NCBI RefSeq assembly: GCF_006345805.1
Contig: NC_043017.1
Location: 31,248,001-31,312,000 of the forward strand
Origin: Octopus sinensis
Lineage: Eukaryota
Length of the DNA stretch: 64,000 bases
Direction of reading: 5' to 3'
Within the stretch, counting starts at the first letter, position 1. Every line of letters begins with the position of its first letter. A program made the position numbers and the translations under genes. Shown here in pieces: positions 35,748 to 47,218 of the stretch. Below the pieces are notes generated by a model. It had not been told where the DNA came from, did not search any database, and was given only the letters and a program-made list of their open reading frames with translations.

Positions 35748-36189
35748 CAACCCTATTATCTCCCCTTATTTCGCTCTCGCGTCTCATGTTTGATCTTTGA
35801 CCTCTGGCCGAAATCAGATCGCCATGTTGATTCGTTAGTTACTGCTCGCATTTTTTTTCTCTCCTTCTTTCTGTCGAATTGCTCGATTAAAGGCGGTGCT
35901 CCAGCATGGCCGCAGTCAAATGACTGAAGCAGGTAAGACAGAGACAGAGAGAGAGAGGATGAAAGAGAAAGTCAAGCTAAGCAGAATTTGAACGTTAAGA
36001 CGTAGAAACGGATGAAACGCTGCTAAACATTTTATCTGGTGTGCTACTTCTGCCTTCACCACCTTATCTTTTGATCGTAATATTGTTACTATTTCTAGCT
36101 CGGTAAAGAACCACTTAGATACTTCCTTATAATCCGTATTGATTATAAATTTATTTACATTTGTATATAGATACATCTCTCCCTTTTCT

Positions 36190-36575
36190 TTTCTCTTTTA
36201 CTTGTTTCAGTCATTAGACTCCGGCCATGCTGGAGCACCGCCTTTAGTCGAGCAAATCGACCCCGGGACTTATTCTTTGTAAGCCCAGTACTTATTCTAT
36301 CGGTCTCATTTGCCGAACCGCTAAGTAACGGGGACGTAGACACACCAGCATCGGTTGTCAAGCAATGCTAGGGGCACAAACACATACACGCACACACGTA
36401 TATATATACATATATACGACAGGCTTCTTTCAGTTTCCGTCTACCAAATCCACTCACAGGGCTTTGGTCGGTCCGGGGCTATAGTAGAAGACACTTGCCC
36501 AAGGTGCCATGCAGTGGGACTGAACCCGGAACAATGTGGTTGGTAAACAAGCTACGTACCACACAGCCACTCCTG
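36190..36575 (-). mobile_element. SINE-B
   Basis: Near-complete reverse-complement copy. Confidence 0.88.
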
Positions 36576-36778
36576 TGTCTATATCTGTAGCTGTGCGTGA
36601 ATTTATTAACGTATTTTTGTACGTGCGAATGTTGCAGTGGATTATGATAGGCCAGGAGACAGCATCCCTGAGAGGGGAACATATAAGTTGTTGTTGTTGT
36701 TGTAATTGCTGCTGCTGCTGTTTAGTTCATCCTAACCATGACTGAACCATCTTTCTTCACAAGCATATTTTACCTCGG

Positions 36779-37231
36779 GGAGGCGCAATGGCCCAGTGGG
36801 ACTTATTCCTTTGTAAGCCCAGTACTTATTCTATTGGTCTCTTTTGCCGAACCGCTAGTTGACGGGGACGTAAACACAACAGCATCGGTTGTCAAGCAAT
36901 GCTAGGGTTCGATTCCCGGACCGGGCGTTGTGAGTGTTTATTGAGTGAAAACACCTAAAAGCTCCACGAGGCTCCGGCAGGGATGGTGGTGATCCCTGCT
37001 GTACTCTTTCACCACAATTTCTCTCACTCTTACTTCCTGTTTCTGTTGTACCTGTATTTCAAAGGGCCGGCCTTGTCACTCTCTGTGTCACGCTGAATAT
37101 CCCCGAGAACTACGTTAAGGGTGCGCGTGTCTGTGGAGTGCTCAGCCACTTACACGTTAATTTCACGAGCAGGCTGTTCCGTTGATTCGGATCAACCGGA
37201 ACCCTCGTCGTCGTAACCGACGGAGTGCTTC
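36779..37231 (+). mobile_element. SINE-C with a SINE-B fragment replacing part of the tRNA head
   Basis: TSD ATTTTACCTCGG. ~36799-36907 is antisense SINE-B sequence. Confidence 0.85.
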
Positions 37232-37809
37232 CATCCATTTTACCTCGGATTACATTTTGCCTTATATATCCTTCACTTTCGTAAGACACCAAAGTATAAT
37301 TTTGATCGGATTTACTTGCTATTTCCCGTAAGAGTATAATATGGGAGTGGGGGAAGATAATACACACTCACGGTGATTTTCTGCTGTGATAAGAACGTCT
37401 GTTCTTCTGAGAGACTTCATTGAGCCATAAAATTCAATTAAGTAATTATAAATATTAGCTTTCCTCAGATTTTAGCTTTAGATCTGTTTCTTCTGTCAAC
37501 AGAGGTAATTCCGCTGTGATTGCTGCATTCATAGCTCCTACTTTGGTTATTGTTGTTACTATTGCTGGCGATATCATTGTTTTTATCGATATAACTCTAT
37601 GAACAAATGGTTATTTATTTTAACAAGGTACACATGAAATGCAAAAAAATCAAACACGGTTATGTCATTGCCAAGTTGTGTGATGTTGTATGTTTTATAA
37701 ATGCGATACAATTTACGAGTGGTGGTGGGCGTGGATGGAAAAGAATGAGACAGTGAAAAAGAGGGCAAAGGTAAGAAGGAGTGAAACAGAAAGCCAGAAC
37801 GATCGACTT

Positions 37810-37993
37810 TACTCTCTTTTTTTCTCTTTTACTTGTTTCAGTCATTTGACTGCGGCCATGCTGGAGCACCGCCTTTAATCGAGCAACTCGACCCCGGGAC
37901 TTATTCTTTGTAAGCCCAGTACTTATTCTATTGGTCTATTTTGCCGAACCGCCAAGTGACGGGGACAAGCACACACATACAAACATACACGCA

Positions 37994-38080
<87 letters not shown>

Positions 38081-38245
38081 TACGACGAACTTCTTTCAGT
38101 TTCCGTCTACCAAATCCACTCACAAGGATTTGGTCAGCCCGAGGCTATAGTAGAGGACACTTGCCCAAGGTGCCACGCAGTGCGACTGAACCCGGAACCA
38201 TATGGTTGGTAAACAAGCTACTTACCACACAGCCACTCCTGCGCC
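37810..38245 (-). mobile_element. SINE-B with small internal deletion
   Basis: Lacks the ACCAGCATCGGTTGTCAAGC segment seen in other copies. Confidence 0.85.
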
Positions 38246-38404
38246 TATGTGTACAATTCTATACAATGTTCTGAATGCGAGTAGGTCTGTACGTAACTGC
38301 TAAGAATATATAGCTATTTGAAGAAAACAGAGTATTTATATATATATCTATATATACATATGTATTATATATGTATGTTTATGTATGAATGTATGTAGGT
38401 ATGT

Positions 38405-38878
38405 GCAACCCCACCAAGCACTCTGGGTGAGGAGGGTGTTTATTGGACACTCGGTGGGATGAAAAACAAAACCCGTCAAAGGGCGGAGGAACTCTTGAGA
38501 GTCAACGGCCATCCAATAAATGTCTTAAGGCTGTATCATACAAGGTGACACAGAAATAATCGGACTGAATACCCGATCGTACGGTTAAACCATTGGGAGT
38601 GAAGCACTCCTAGCCTTTGTTAGGGCATCCTTCTGGGAGAAAGTAACTCAGGTAACTGGGATAACTCCGACATAAAACCTGCGGCTCAGTGGTTACCGAT
38701 GATGTTGACTTCTTCTTCTTTTCGGATTATGGCTGCTGTTGCTTAGTGAGTGGGATTGACTCAGTGCACAGCCTTTCCTCACTTTAAAAAAAATCTTCTT
38801 GCACAGGCATTGCACGATAACAACATTGATTAAGCTTCGTGCAATGGCCGTACTCGATAACGAGGGGGCAGCCACCAT
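38405..38878 (+). mobile_element. Probable non-autonomous RTE derivative (5'-UTR-like segment fused to the 3' tail)
   Basis: A non-coding GC-richer block is joined directly to the tail shared with 45976-46022. Confidence 0.5.
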
Positions 38879-39313
38879 GTATGAATGTATGTGGGTATGT
38901 GTGTATGTATGTATTAACCCTAACCCAAAAACGTCACATTCGATCACAACACCAATAAGAGTTAAGCTTCGTGCAATGGCCATACTCGATAACGAGGGGG
39001 CAGCCATCATGTATTATGTATGTATGTATGTATGTATGTAGGTATGTATGGCTCTGTGCTAAGTGCTGGGTTCCGTCACATTGCATGGCACCTTGAGCAA
39101 GTGTCTGCTGTATGTATCTTTGCTTCCGTGCTTGGTCCTACCGCCGTAACTTAAAGGGACCGAAAGAATAAGTCCCAGGCTTTGGAAAATAGTACTGGTG
39201 TCGATTCATTCGAGTAAAATCTCTTCATGGTGGTGCATCAGGCATGGCCGCAGTTAGCCCCTACACGCAATTTTTTTCTCTCCATGTTTCTCTCCTTGTT
39301 TCTTTTCTGTGTA

Positions 39314-39351
39314 TCTTTCTGTTGAAGAGCGTTGGCTCGAAACGTAAAAGA
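39314..39351 (+). ncRNA. Minimal hammerhead-like motif (core variant)
   Basis: TCTTT-CTGTTGA-A-GAGC GTTG GCTC-GAAA-CG-TA/AAAGA. Confidence 0.55.
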
Positions 39352-39848
39352 CTTGTTTTATTTCTATTCCTGAGCGCCATACTAATACATTGTTTGTTTG
39401 TACTCCACCTGCCTTCGTCTTTTGTTTATTTTCGTAAACCTTCCCGTTATATATATATATATATATATATATATGATATCGATATTTAAATATCGGTATT
39501 ATCATGTGGCCAGCATGGGAATAAATACCATACAAAGGTAATAATTTTTTACAACTAAAAATAAGGGTGTCTGAGAGTCACCACCATGCCGAAATAGCAG
39601 TCAAATCCCTGACTCTAAGAACCACCTTAAATGTTCATATCGCACCATGAGATAAGACAGAGGGACAAAATAGGCTAGCAAAAAAAAATATGTATATGTA
39701 TGTATGGACGATCGTATATGTAAGTATAACGCTTGTTCTGTATATATAAATTTGTATTTATGTGCCCATCTGATATATTCAACTGATGAAGGCAGAGCTT
39801 ATTTGAAGCAAAGGTAGAAATCCAGGATCCTGCGCCTATATATATATA

Positions 39849-40259
39849 GGCGCAAGAGTGGCTGTGTGGTAAGTAGCTTGTTTACCAACCACATGGTTCC
39901 GGGTTCAGTCCCACTGCGTGGCATCTTGGGCAAGTGTCTTCTGCTATAGCCCCGGGCCGACCAATGCCTTGTGAGTGGATTTGGTAGACGGAAACTGAAA
40001 GAAGCCTGTCGTATATATGTATATATATATGTGTGTGTGTATATGTGTTCGTGTGTCTCTGTTTGTCCCCCTAGTATTGCTTGACAACCGATGCTGGTGT
40101 GCTTATGTCCCCGTCACCTAGTGGTTCGGCAAAAGAGACCAATAGGATAAAAGTACTGGGCTTACAAAGAATAAGTCCCGGGATCGTGCTGCTCGATTAA
40201 AGGCGGTGCTCCAGCATGGCCGCAGTCAAATGACTGAAACAAGTAAAAGAGTAAAAGAG
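39849..40259 (+). mobile_element. SINE-B
   Basis: Complete copy. Confidence 0.9.
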
Positions 40260-40265
40260 AGAAAA

Positions 40266-40344
<79 letters not shown>

Positions 40345-40345
<1 letters not shown>

Positions 40346-40723
40346 TCCCGGTTGGTACAGATCCGATATAAATTCTACAAATTGTTTCAGAGTCTAATTA
40401 ATTCCAAAGACAAAAACCAAATACTCTTCTTGAAATGAAATATACATTATTCGTCAGGAGTTATATATTGCCATGAATAATTACGACCAAGAACAGACGG
40501 GAACGAACAAATAATGATTATTTCTTCGTTCCCATTTGGGCTATGAAAGGTCTTTGTATATTTTTGTTCGTAGTAATTATTCATAGCAATATGTAATTCC
40601 TGTCATTCCTGACGAAGAAACTAATTTTTTTTATTTCAAGAAGAGTTTTTCGTTTTCGTCTTTGGAATTAATTAGACTCCGAAACAATGTGCAGAATTTA
40701 TATTGGATCTGTAACAACCTGGA
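40345..40723. repeat. Older, diverged inverted repeat
   Basis: Arms GGTTGGTACAGATCCGATATAAATTCT... / ...AGAATTTATATTGGATCTGTAACAACC. Confidence 0.8.
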
Positions 40724-40891
40724 TTATGAATTAAAGATCGTCTACACCTACATTTTTTTCCTTTCCTTACGCTTCATTTATTGTTTTTGCAAACACTGAA
40801 TATTTATTTTTTTATATATATTCTTTACTTGGACTGTACTGGTGGACTTTTATGTTTGACATCGCTTTGAAGGATTTCGGTCCTCACCTTA

Positions 40892-40957
<66 letters not shown>

Positions 40958-40992
40958 TATATTGTGTGTGGTGGTGTGTTGTTGTATATAAG

Positions 40993-41176
40993 AATATGTT
41001 ACATTACTCAATAGTCAAGATAAAACTCTGAGTTTCAGATGCCGAAGTGGAAATCCACAACACCATCTCTTCGGTTATCTGGCCATCTGAAGAACCGAAG
41101 AGATGGTGTTGTGGATTTCCACTTCGGCATCTGAAACTCAGAGTTTTATCTTGACTATTGAGTAATGTAACATATT
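40993..41176. repeat. Near-perfect inverted repeat; related copy at ~25461-25670 in opposite orientation
   Basis: Arms AATATGTTAC...CTTCGGTT and AACCGAAG...GTAACATATT. A unique extension to 41254 matches 25461-25530 in reverse complement. Confidence 0.9.
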
Positions 41177-41253
41177 ATTTTATAGATAAATTTCCTCTAT
41201 TTACATAGTATTGAGGTCTCTTTCTTTCTTTTGTTATCTCACCGTTTTTACCA

Positions 41254-41284
<31 letters not shown>

Positions 41285-41374
41285 ATTATTATTTGAGGGA
41301 ATAAAATCCAAACTTACAAGGAAAAAGAATTCAATTTAGACATACTAAATCAAATTCCACACAAAATAATATAT

Positions 41375-41500
41375 ATATAAAATATTAGAAAAACATCCAC
41401 CTTTTATCAATTCAAAATGAATAATTAAATTACACCATTTAGATGGTGTAATTTAATTATTCCTTTTGAATTGATAAAAGGTGTTTTTTTCTGATATTTT

Positions 41501-41505
<5 letters not shown>
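41375..41505. repeat. Palindrome within a (TA)n-associated repeat family (related pieces at ~25300-25415, 43013-43080, 43240-43305)
   Basis: Centre CACCATTTAGATGGTG. The related pieces share ATCCAAACTTACA(A/G)GGAAAAA or AGATGGTGTAATTTAATT. Confidence 0.8.
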
Positions 41506-41558
<53 letters not shown>

Positions 41559-41699
41559 GTGTGTGTATTTACAGAGAGAGAGAGAGAGAGAGTGAGAGAC
41601 TGTCCTAAAATTAAGGTAACTGATATAAAATTATACATCATTATAAAAGCTTATTTTTGTTTCAGACTAAATAAATTCAGATTTATAAATTAGACCGAA

Positions 41700-42694
41700 A
41701 AACAATCATAACCCTCCATAAAGGAGGTGAAAGGAATACCTCTATAATAAAAACCTTAAAAGGCTTTAAATTAACCGAACAACAGTCAGTTAAAATTGTC
41801 GAGGCATTTCAAAGGATTGGTTCCACCATTGATCGGCCTGAGCGCGGCCTAAAAACTAGTGTGCGGGCCCCTCAGCTTATCAAAAGTACCAGAGAAAATA
41901 TACGGTGAAATCCTCGTCGTTCTGTCTGAAAACTGGCTGCTAAAGCAAAAATAACCGAACATCGATGTATCGAGTGCTGACGGAGGATCTCAGGACCCAC
42001 CCCTAGAAAATGAACCGTCGTCATGAACTCACAAAAGTTTATAACGCTATAAGACTGGAGAGGAATCGTCTTATCCTCTGTCAGATTGCTGAAGGCATGC
42101 TGCCCAACCGGGTGTTCACTAATAAAAACAAATTTGACATCGAACAGACAGTAAACCATCAGAATGATCGACTTTTGGAATGTATCTGGCTCCGTTGAGA
42201 GTAGATACGTAAATGGACGTCAAAATCCACAGTCAGCTATGGTTTGGGCGACTCTTGCAGCCGCTGGAAGGTCTCCCTTCGTTCTTGTGCCCTCAGGTGT
42301 AAAACTTAATGCCCAGTGATACATTAATGACATTCTGGAAGCTGAAATGCTTCCATAGGCGAATGAAAACTTTCGGGGCGCACTTTGAACAGGACTTGGC
42401 CCCGTCACACAGCTCTAAACAGACACAATACTGGATTCAGAAAAATATTCTGTCGTCCATAGGCATAGATTTATGACCCTCAAGGAGCCCAGCAGCTGCG
42501 TGTCACGTGCAAAGCATTCACGCCTAAACTTAAGCCTGTGATTCGAAACAGAGGTGGTCATATCAAATAAATGTGATGGTGTCACAACTGTGCTTCCTTT
42601 GCCATTGCATCGCAACTCTCGGACCCGACATATAACAATATTTTTCTGTGGCAAAATTGAAAACATTTAGTTTCTTTTATTTTGGGGCACCCTG
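41700..42694 (+). pseudogene. Tc1/mariner-superfamily (maT/DD37D-like) transposase relic
   Basis: VFTNKNKFDIEQTVNHQNDR and MVWA...GRSPFVLVPSGVKLNAQ*YINDILE. Right end TTTGGGGCACCCTG|TA. Confidence 0.75.
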
Positions 42695-42798
42695 TATGTA
42701 TATTATATATATATATATATATATATCGCTATGGGCTACTCGTGAGCAGTCATCTAAAAACTTGTTGTGCATTTTGTTGGCAAAAGAAGTTCCTGGAC

Positions 42799-42880
42799 TT
42801 TCCTGAAGAGAAAGCTGCAAAATGGACTCCTTATTCATTCGGAATTAGGGATTTTGCAGACTTCGAAACATATGTCGAAA
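42799..42880 (+). ncRNA. Type I hammerhead ribozyme motif, same family as 45.3 kb
   Basis: TTTC-CTGAAGA-GAAAGCTGCAAAAT...ATTTTGCAGACTTC-GAAA-CATATG-TC/GAAA. Confidence 0.8.
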
Positions 42881-42932
42881 ATAAAATAAAGGGATTTTGT
42901 TAAATCTTCGTTCAGCTCCATTCTTTCCTATA

Positions 42933-42997
<65 letters not shown>

Positions 42998-43080
42998 TAT
43001 ATGTATATATATATAATTATTTGAATATTAATCCAAACTTACAGGGAAAAAATTCAATTTAGAAATACTAAATCAAATTT

Positions 43081-43168
43081 ATTCTACCAATTTTATACGA
43101 TTTTATTGTTATTCTACCAATTATATACGTTTTTATTGGTATTTTACCAATTATATACGTTTTTATTA
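43081..43168. repeat. 30-bp tandem repeat x3
   Basis: ATT(C/T)TACCAATT(T/A)TATACG(A/T)TTTTATT repeated at 43081, 43111 and 43141. Confidence 0.85.
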
Positions 43169-43650
43169 TTTTTTTGCAATTTACTTAATTATTGGTATTT
43201 TTTGTTATTTTAATCTTAATATTTGTATTATATGTAATTTTCTAGATGGTGTAATTTAATTGTTCATTTTGAATTGATAAAACGTGTTTTTTTCTAATTT
43301 ATATAGATGAAATATACAAGAATATATTATTAATCACGATAATTATTTCGACACATCTAGCATCGATCCCTCACGGGTAGGGCATTTAACAAATGGTTCA
43401 TTAGCATCCGGCGGTGCAGATGTGTCTCGTCGGGTGATAAATAGACACAGCTCGTTAAAATAACAGTTCTGCAATGTATCTTCTCAATTCGTAGTAAGAA
43501 AAGCAGAAAATCGAAGGAAATATCTTCATTTACATAGAATAACAAAAATAAAATCCCAGATGCAAAAAAGAAACGAACACGCAATATATGTATATATAGA
43601 AGAAACTATACTGTGGAAGATACCGTGAAGGAAACTCTCATACTATTTTT

Positions 43651-44072
43651 CTCTTTTACTCTTTTACTCTTTTACTTGTTTCAGTCATTTGACTGCGGCC
43701 ATGCTGGAGCACCGCCTTTAGTCGAGCAAATCGACCCCGGGACTTATTCTTCGTAAGCCCAGTACTTATTCTATCGGTCTCTTTTGCCGAACCGCTAAGT
43801 GAAGGGGACGTAAACACACCAGCATCAGTTGTCAAGCAATGCTAGGGGGAACAAACACAGACACACAAACACATACACACACATACACATATATACACAT
43901 ACATATATACGACGGGCTTCTTTCAGTTTCCGTCTACCAGATCCACTCACAAGGCATTGGTCGGCCCGGGGCTATAGCAGAAGACACTTGCCCAAGATGC
44001 CACGCAGTGGGACTGAACCCGGGACCATGTGGTTGGTTAGCAAGCTACTTACCACACAGCCACTCCTGCGCC
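43651..44072 (-). mobile_element. SINE-B
   Basis: Complete reverse-complement copy. Confidence 0.9.
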
Positions 44073-44328
44073 ATGTTGGCTTTTGGGTTCAAAGTGCTCT
44101 TGTTTATATCGCTACCGGAGTTGTTTCGATAAATGTTTGTTCACTCACGGCCTTTTCGCCGTAAAATTGAACCAACAAATAGACATGTAAGAACGAAGAA
44201 CGGGTAAAAATCTTTAAACTTTTCTTTTATTACAATTTCTGATTTCTGGATTACGTAATTTTATATTAAAACTTCCGTCCATAGTATTCCTGTGTATTTT
44301 AGACTTGTAAACGGTGTTGTTGATATAG

Positions 44329-44628
44329 GAGCACTCCGTCGGTTACGACGACGAGGGTCCCAGCTGACAACGATCAACGGAACAGTCTGCTCGTGAAATT
44401 AACGTGCAAGTGACTGAGCAATCCACAGACACGCGTACCCCTAACGTAGTTCTCAGGGAGATTCAGCGTGACACAAATACAGGTACTACTCATTTTTGCC
44501 AGCTGAGCAAACTGGAGCAACGTGAAATAAAGTGTCTTGCTCGAGGACACAACGCGTCGCCGGGAATCGAACTCACGACCTTACAATCGTGAGTCGAATG
44601 CCCTAACCACTAAGCCACGCGTCTTCAC
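44329..44628 (-). mobile_element. SINE with a distinct head/central domain but the SINE-C 3' tail
   Basis: The tail matches SINE-C. The head plus GCAAGACACTTTATTTCACGTTGCTCCAG domain matches 11620-11765. Confidence 0.8.
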
Positions 44629-45037
44629 GTTGTTGGTATAATGTTGTTGTAATTGTGTAAGAGATAAAAATATTTTTATTCTTTAGCATTCCGTTGTATA
44701 CTTTATCAATAATACCAGAGTGAAAGACAGAAATCCAGAGATCTTGTTATTTTTTTTTCACATTATCAGAGTGTTTAGAGTTTCCATAGGACAGTATTTG
44801 AACGAGGTCACATTCAGGAAAGTTTCCATCCAATTTTGAAATGTTTTCAAAGTCTTAACAAATAATTAACTTTAGCCAACGAATTCTTTTAACTTGTGAA
44901 TTAGAATTGTGATATTTGTTACGAAAAATATGAATTTCTAAACGTGAGCATGTGAAATGACTACGTTTCTGTTCTGGTAGTATAAATCATCTTTGGATTA
45001 TACATACATAATACATACATACGTGTGTATATATATA

Positions 45038-45078
<41 letters not shown>

Positions 45079-45281
45079 GAGTAGTTGAATGAAATATCTA
45101 ATTATGGATAATTCGGTTAACCGATACCTGGGTAGCAAGTTCACGTCAGAAAAACACGGTTGAAGCTACATGCCTAGGGCAGAGATCAAGTGCTATCGTG
45201 TGAAAATTTGTGTGTTTTTTTAAATACAAATAAATGAAAGAATGGAGTTGAACGACGAATTAACAAAATTCCTTTATTTTA

Positions 45282-45364
45282 TTTTCGACACATGTTTCGA
45301 AGGCTGCATATTCCTAATTTCGAAGGAATAAGGGGTGCATTATGCCGCCTTCTCATCAGGAAAA
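45282..45364 (-). ncRNA. Type I hammerhead ribozyme motif (left arm of palindrome)
   Basis: Minus strand reads TTTTC-CTGATGA-GAAGGCGGCAT...ATGCAGCCTTC-GAAA-CATGTG-TC/GAAAA. Confidence 0.85.
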
Positions 45365-45397
45365 GCAAGGAACTTGATGCTGACATAAGTTCCTTGC

Positions 45398-45480
45398 TTT
45401 TCCTGATAAGAAGGCGGCATAATGCACCCCTTATTCCTTCGAAATTAGGAATATGCAGCCTTCGAAACATATGTCGAAAA
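45398..45480 (+). ncRNA. Hammerhead ribozyme motif (right arm; G8A core variant)
   Basis: TTTTC-CTGATAA-GAAGGC...GCCTTC-GAAA-CATATG-TC/GAAAA. Confidence 0.7.
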
Positions 45481-45541
45481 TAAAATAAAGGAATTTTGTT
45501 AATTCGTCGTTCAACTCCATTCTTTCATTTATTTGTATGTA

Positions 45542-45647
<106 letters not shown>

Positions 45648-45689
45648 CATATATACATATACATGTATGTATGCACACACACATATATA

Positions 45690-46020
45690 TAAAGCTGGAC
45701 TCAAGAGTCATCTTCGTAGTCATAAAACGAGACAGATGAGTGACAACCTGGCCACTGGTGCTGGTGTAACATACCATGCTAATCATATCTGTCACACCAT
45801 GTGGAAGAGAGTGTAATTCGGCAGGAGGACTTAAACGACATGCAAAGGTACATGAAGCCCAGTTACAACTACAGCCAGCTATTACCGGTAAAGGTTTTAG
45901 TTGCCAATTCTGTACAAGACATTGTAGATCTTTAGCTGGGCTAAAAAGTCACATTCGATCACAGCACGAGTAACAGTTAAGCTTCGTGCAATGGCCATAC
46001 TCGATAACGAGGGGGCAGCC

Positions 46021-46022
<2 letters not shown>
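45690..46022 (+). mobile_element. RTE-like LINE 3' end with repeated C2H2-like fingers (frameshifted)
   Basis: GLKSHLRSH / CGRECNSAGGLKRHAKVH / CQFCTRHCRSLAGLKSH. The 3' UTR GCAATGGCCATACTCGATAACGAGGGGGCAGCCA also occurs at ~38830-38877 and ~38960-39007. Confidence 0.75.
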
Positions 46023-46067
<45 letters not shown>

Positions 46068-47218
46068 GTGTGTGAGTTTGTATTTGCGTGTATGTGTGTG
46101 TGTGCGTGCGTATGTAGATCACATTTAACAGAAGTTAAGTGTTATAGGTTTTTATGCCGTGTTGAATTTAATAGGATTACTTGAATTAAATGTGGGATAT
46201 CGAAAAATTTACTTGATGTATATAACAAAAATCCGATGGTATTATATATATTACACTGGTTTCTGTTTAACAAGAGCTGGATTTAATATAAATATTCACC
46301 TTGTTATATTTCCAATGAAATATTGTTATAACATCAATATCTGTTCTAACAGTATGATCATGTTTTTCTCTTCCGATATTTCTCTCTCTTTCCATATTTC
46401 TGGAGATTGTTATTATATTTGTTCTCTTTCAAATCTTCATACGTCTCATCTCTATTATCTTTTCATCTCGTTGCTATATTATTGTTGTAAGTTCTGTCTG
46501 TAATCTACACATAAGACTCTTATATAATTGCTATCAATATTTTATCCCATTGTACTAACTGTGGTATATCGATTGCTTTTACTGTTCTCTGCCATTTTCA
46601 TTTTTTTTTGCTTAAAATAATGCTTCTTTTAACCATATTTTATGTATTGTTCTGTTGTCTTCTAACTTGATATTTCAAGACATTTCTTGAGTGCATCAGA
46701 ACTCGTGATTAGTCATGTCCTTGGGAGTCAAGGGGGTGTTCGTTTTTTTCAAAATCTGACACCTCCGTCCAGTTCACCCAGCCACGCTTCCATCTCCGAC
46801 GGCAACTTAATTAATTATTCCATTTCCGTCGGCAATTGATCATAGGCCTGTCCTTTTTATCCTAAGTCACAGAAAAGTTTTTTTTTTTCTTTTTTGAGAG
46901 AGAACCGATATAAACATTTATACAGCAGTTTTCAAGGTTTACCCTGTTTTTATTTCGGATGGCAACTGTCTTACACAGGTTGCATTCAAAATCTCCCGTT
47001 CTTAATTTTTTTTTAATGTTGATATGATAGTTTCGATGATAACGAACGGATCTTTTTTACCCATTACTATTTAGTCAGTCAACAAACTTTGAATTTCATG
47101 GGTGAATGTTAAAGTTTATCCAAGACATGAGGTTCACAAGTCTTTGTTGAACCCAGCTATATCTAGCAGCTGTGATGTTGTGTCAGATCATTGATAAAAG
47201 TTCTTATTCTTTGATCTA

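Larger units (their letters stand above)
45224..45538. repeat. Near-perfect ~315-bp palindrome (fold-back element) beside (TA)n
   Basis: Arms of ~150 bp with 2-3 mismatches and a short spacer at ~45376-45386. Confidence 0.95.

Noticed and set aside
39783-39800. Isolated CTGATGAAGG (also TGATGA...GAAA at ~54785 and a GTTGC/GCAAC-GAAA hairpin at ~6265-6295)
   Set aside because: I could not complete stems I-III, so these are not called ribozymes.
45279-45483. Near-identical 63-aa ORFs on both strands
   Set aside because: This is a direct consequence of the palindrome.
45776-45973. Cellular C2H2 zinc-finger gene
   Set aside because: It is frameshifted, lacks TGEKP linkers and is followed by a repeated retroelement 3' tail, so it fits an RTE-like C-terminus better.
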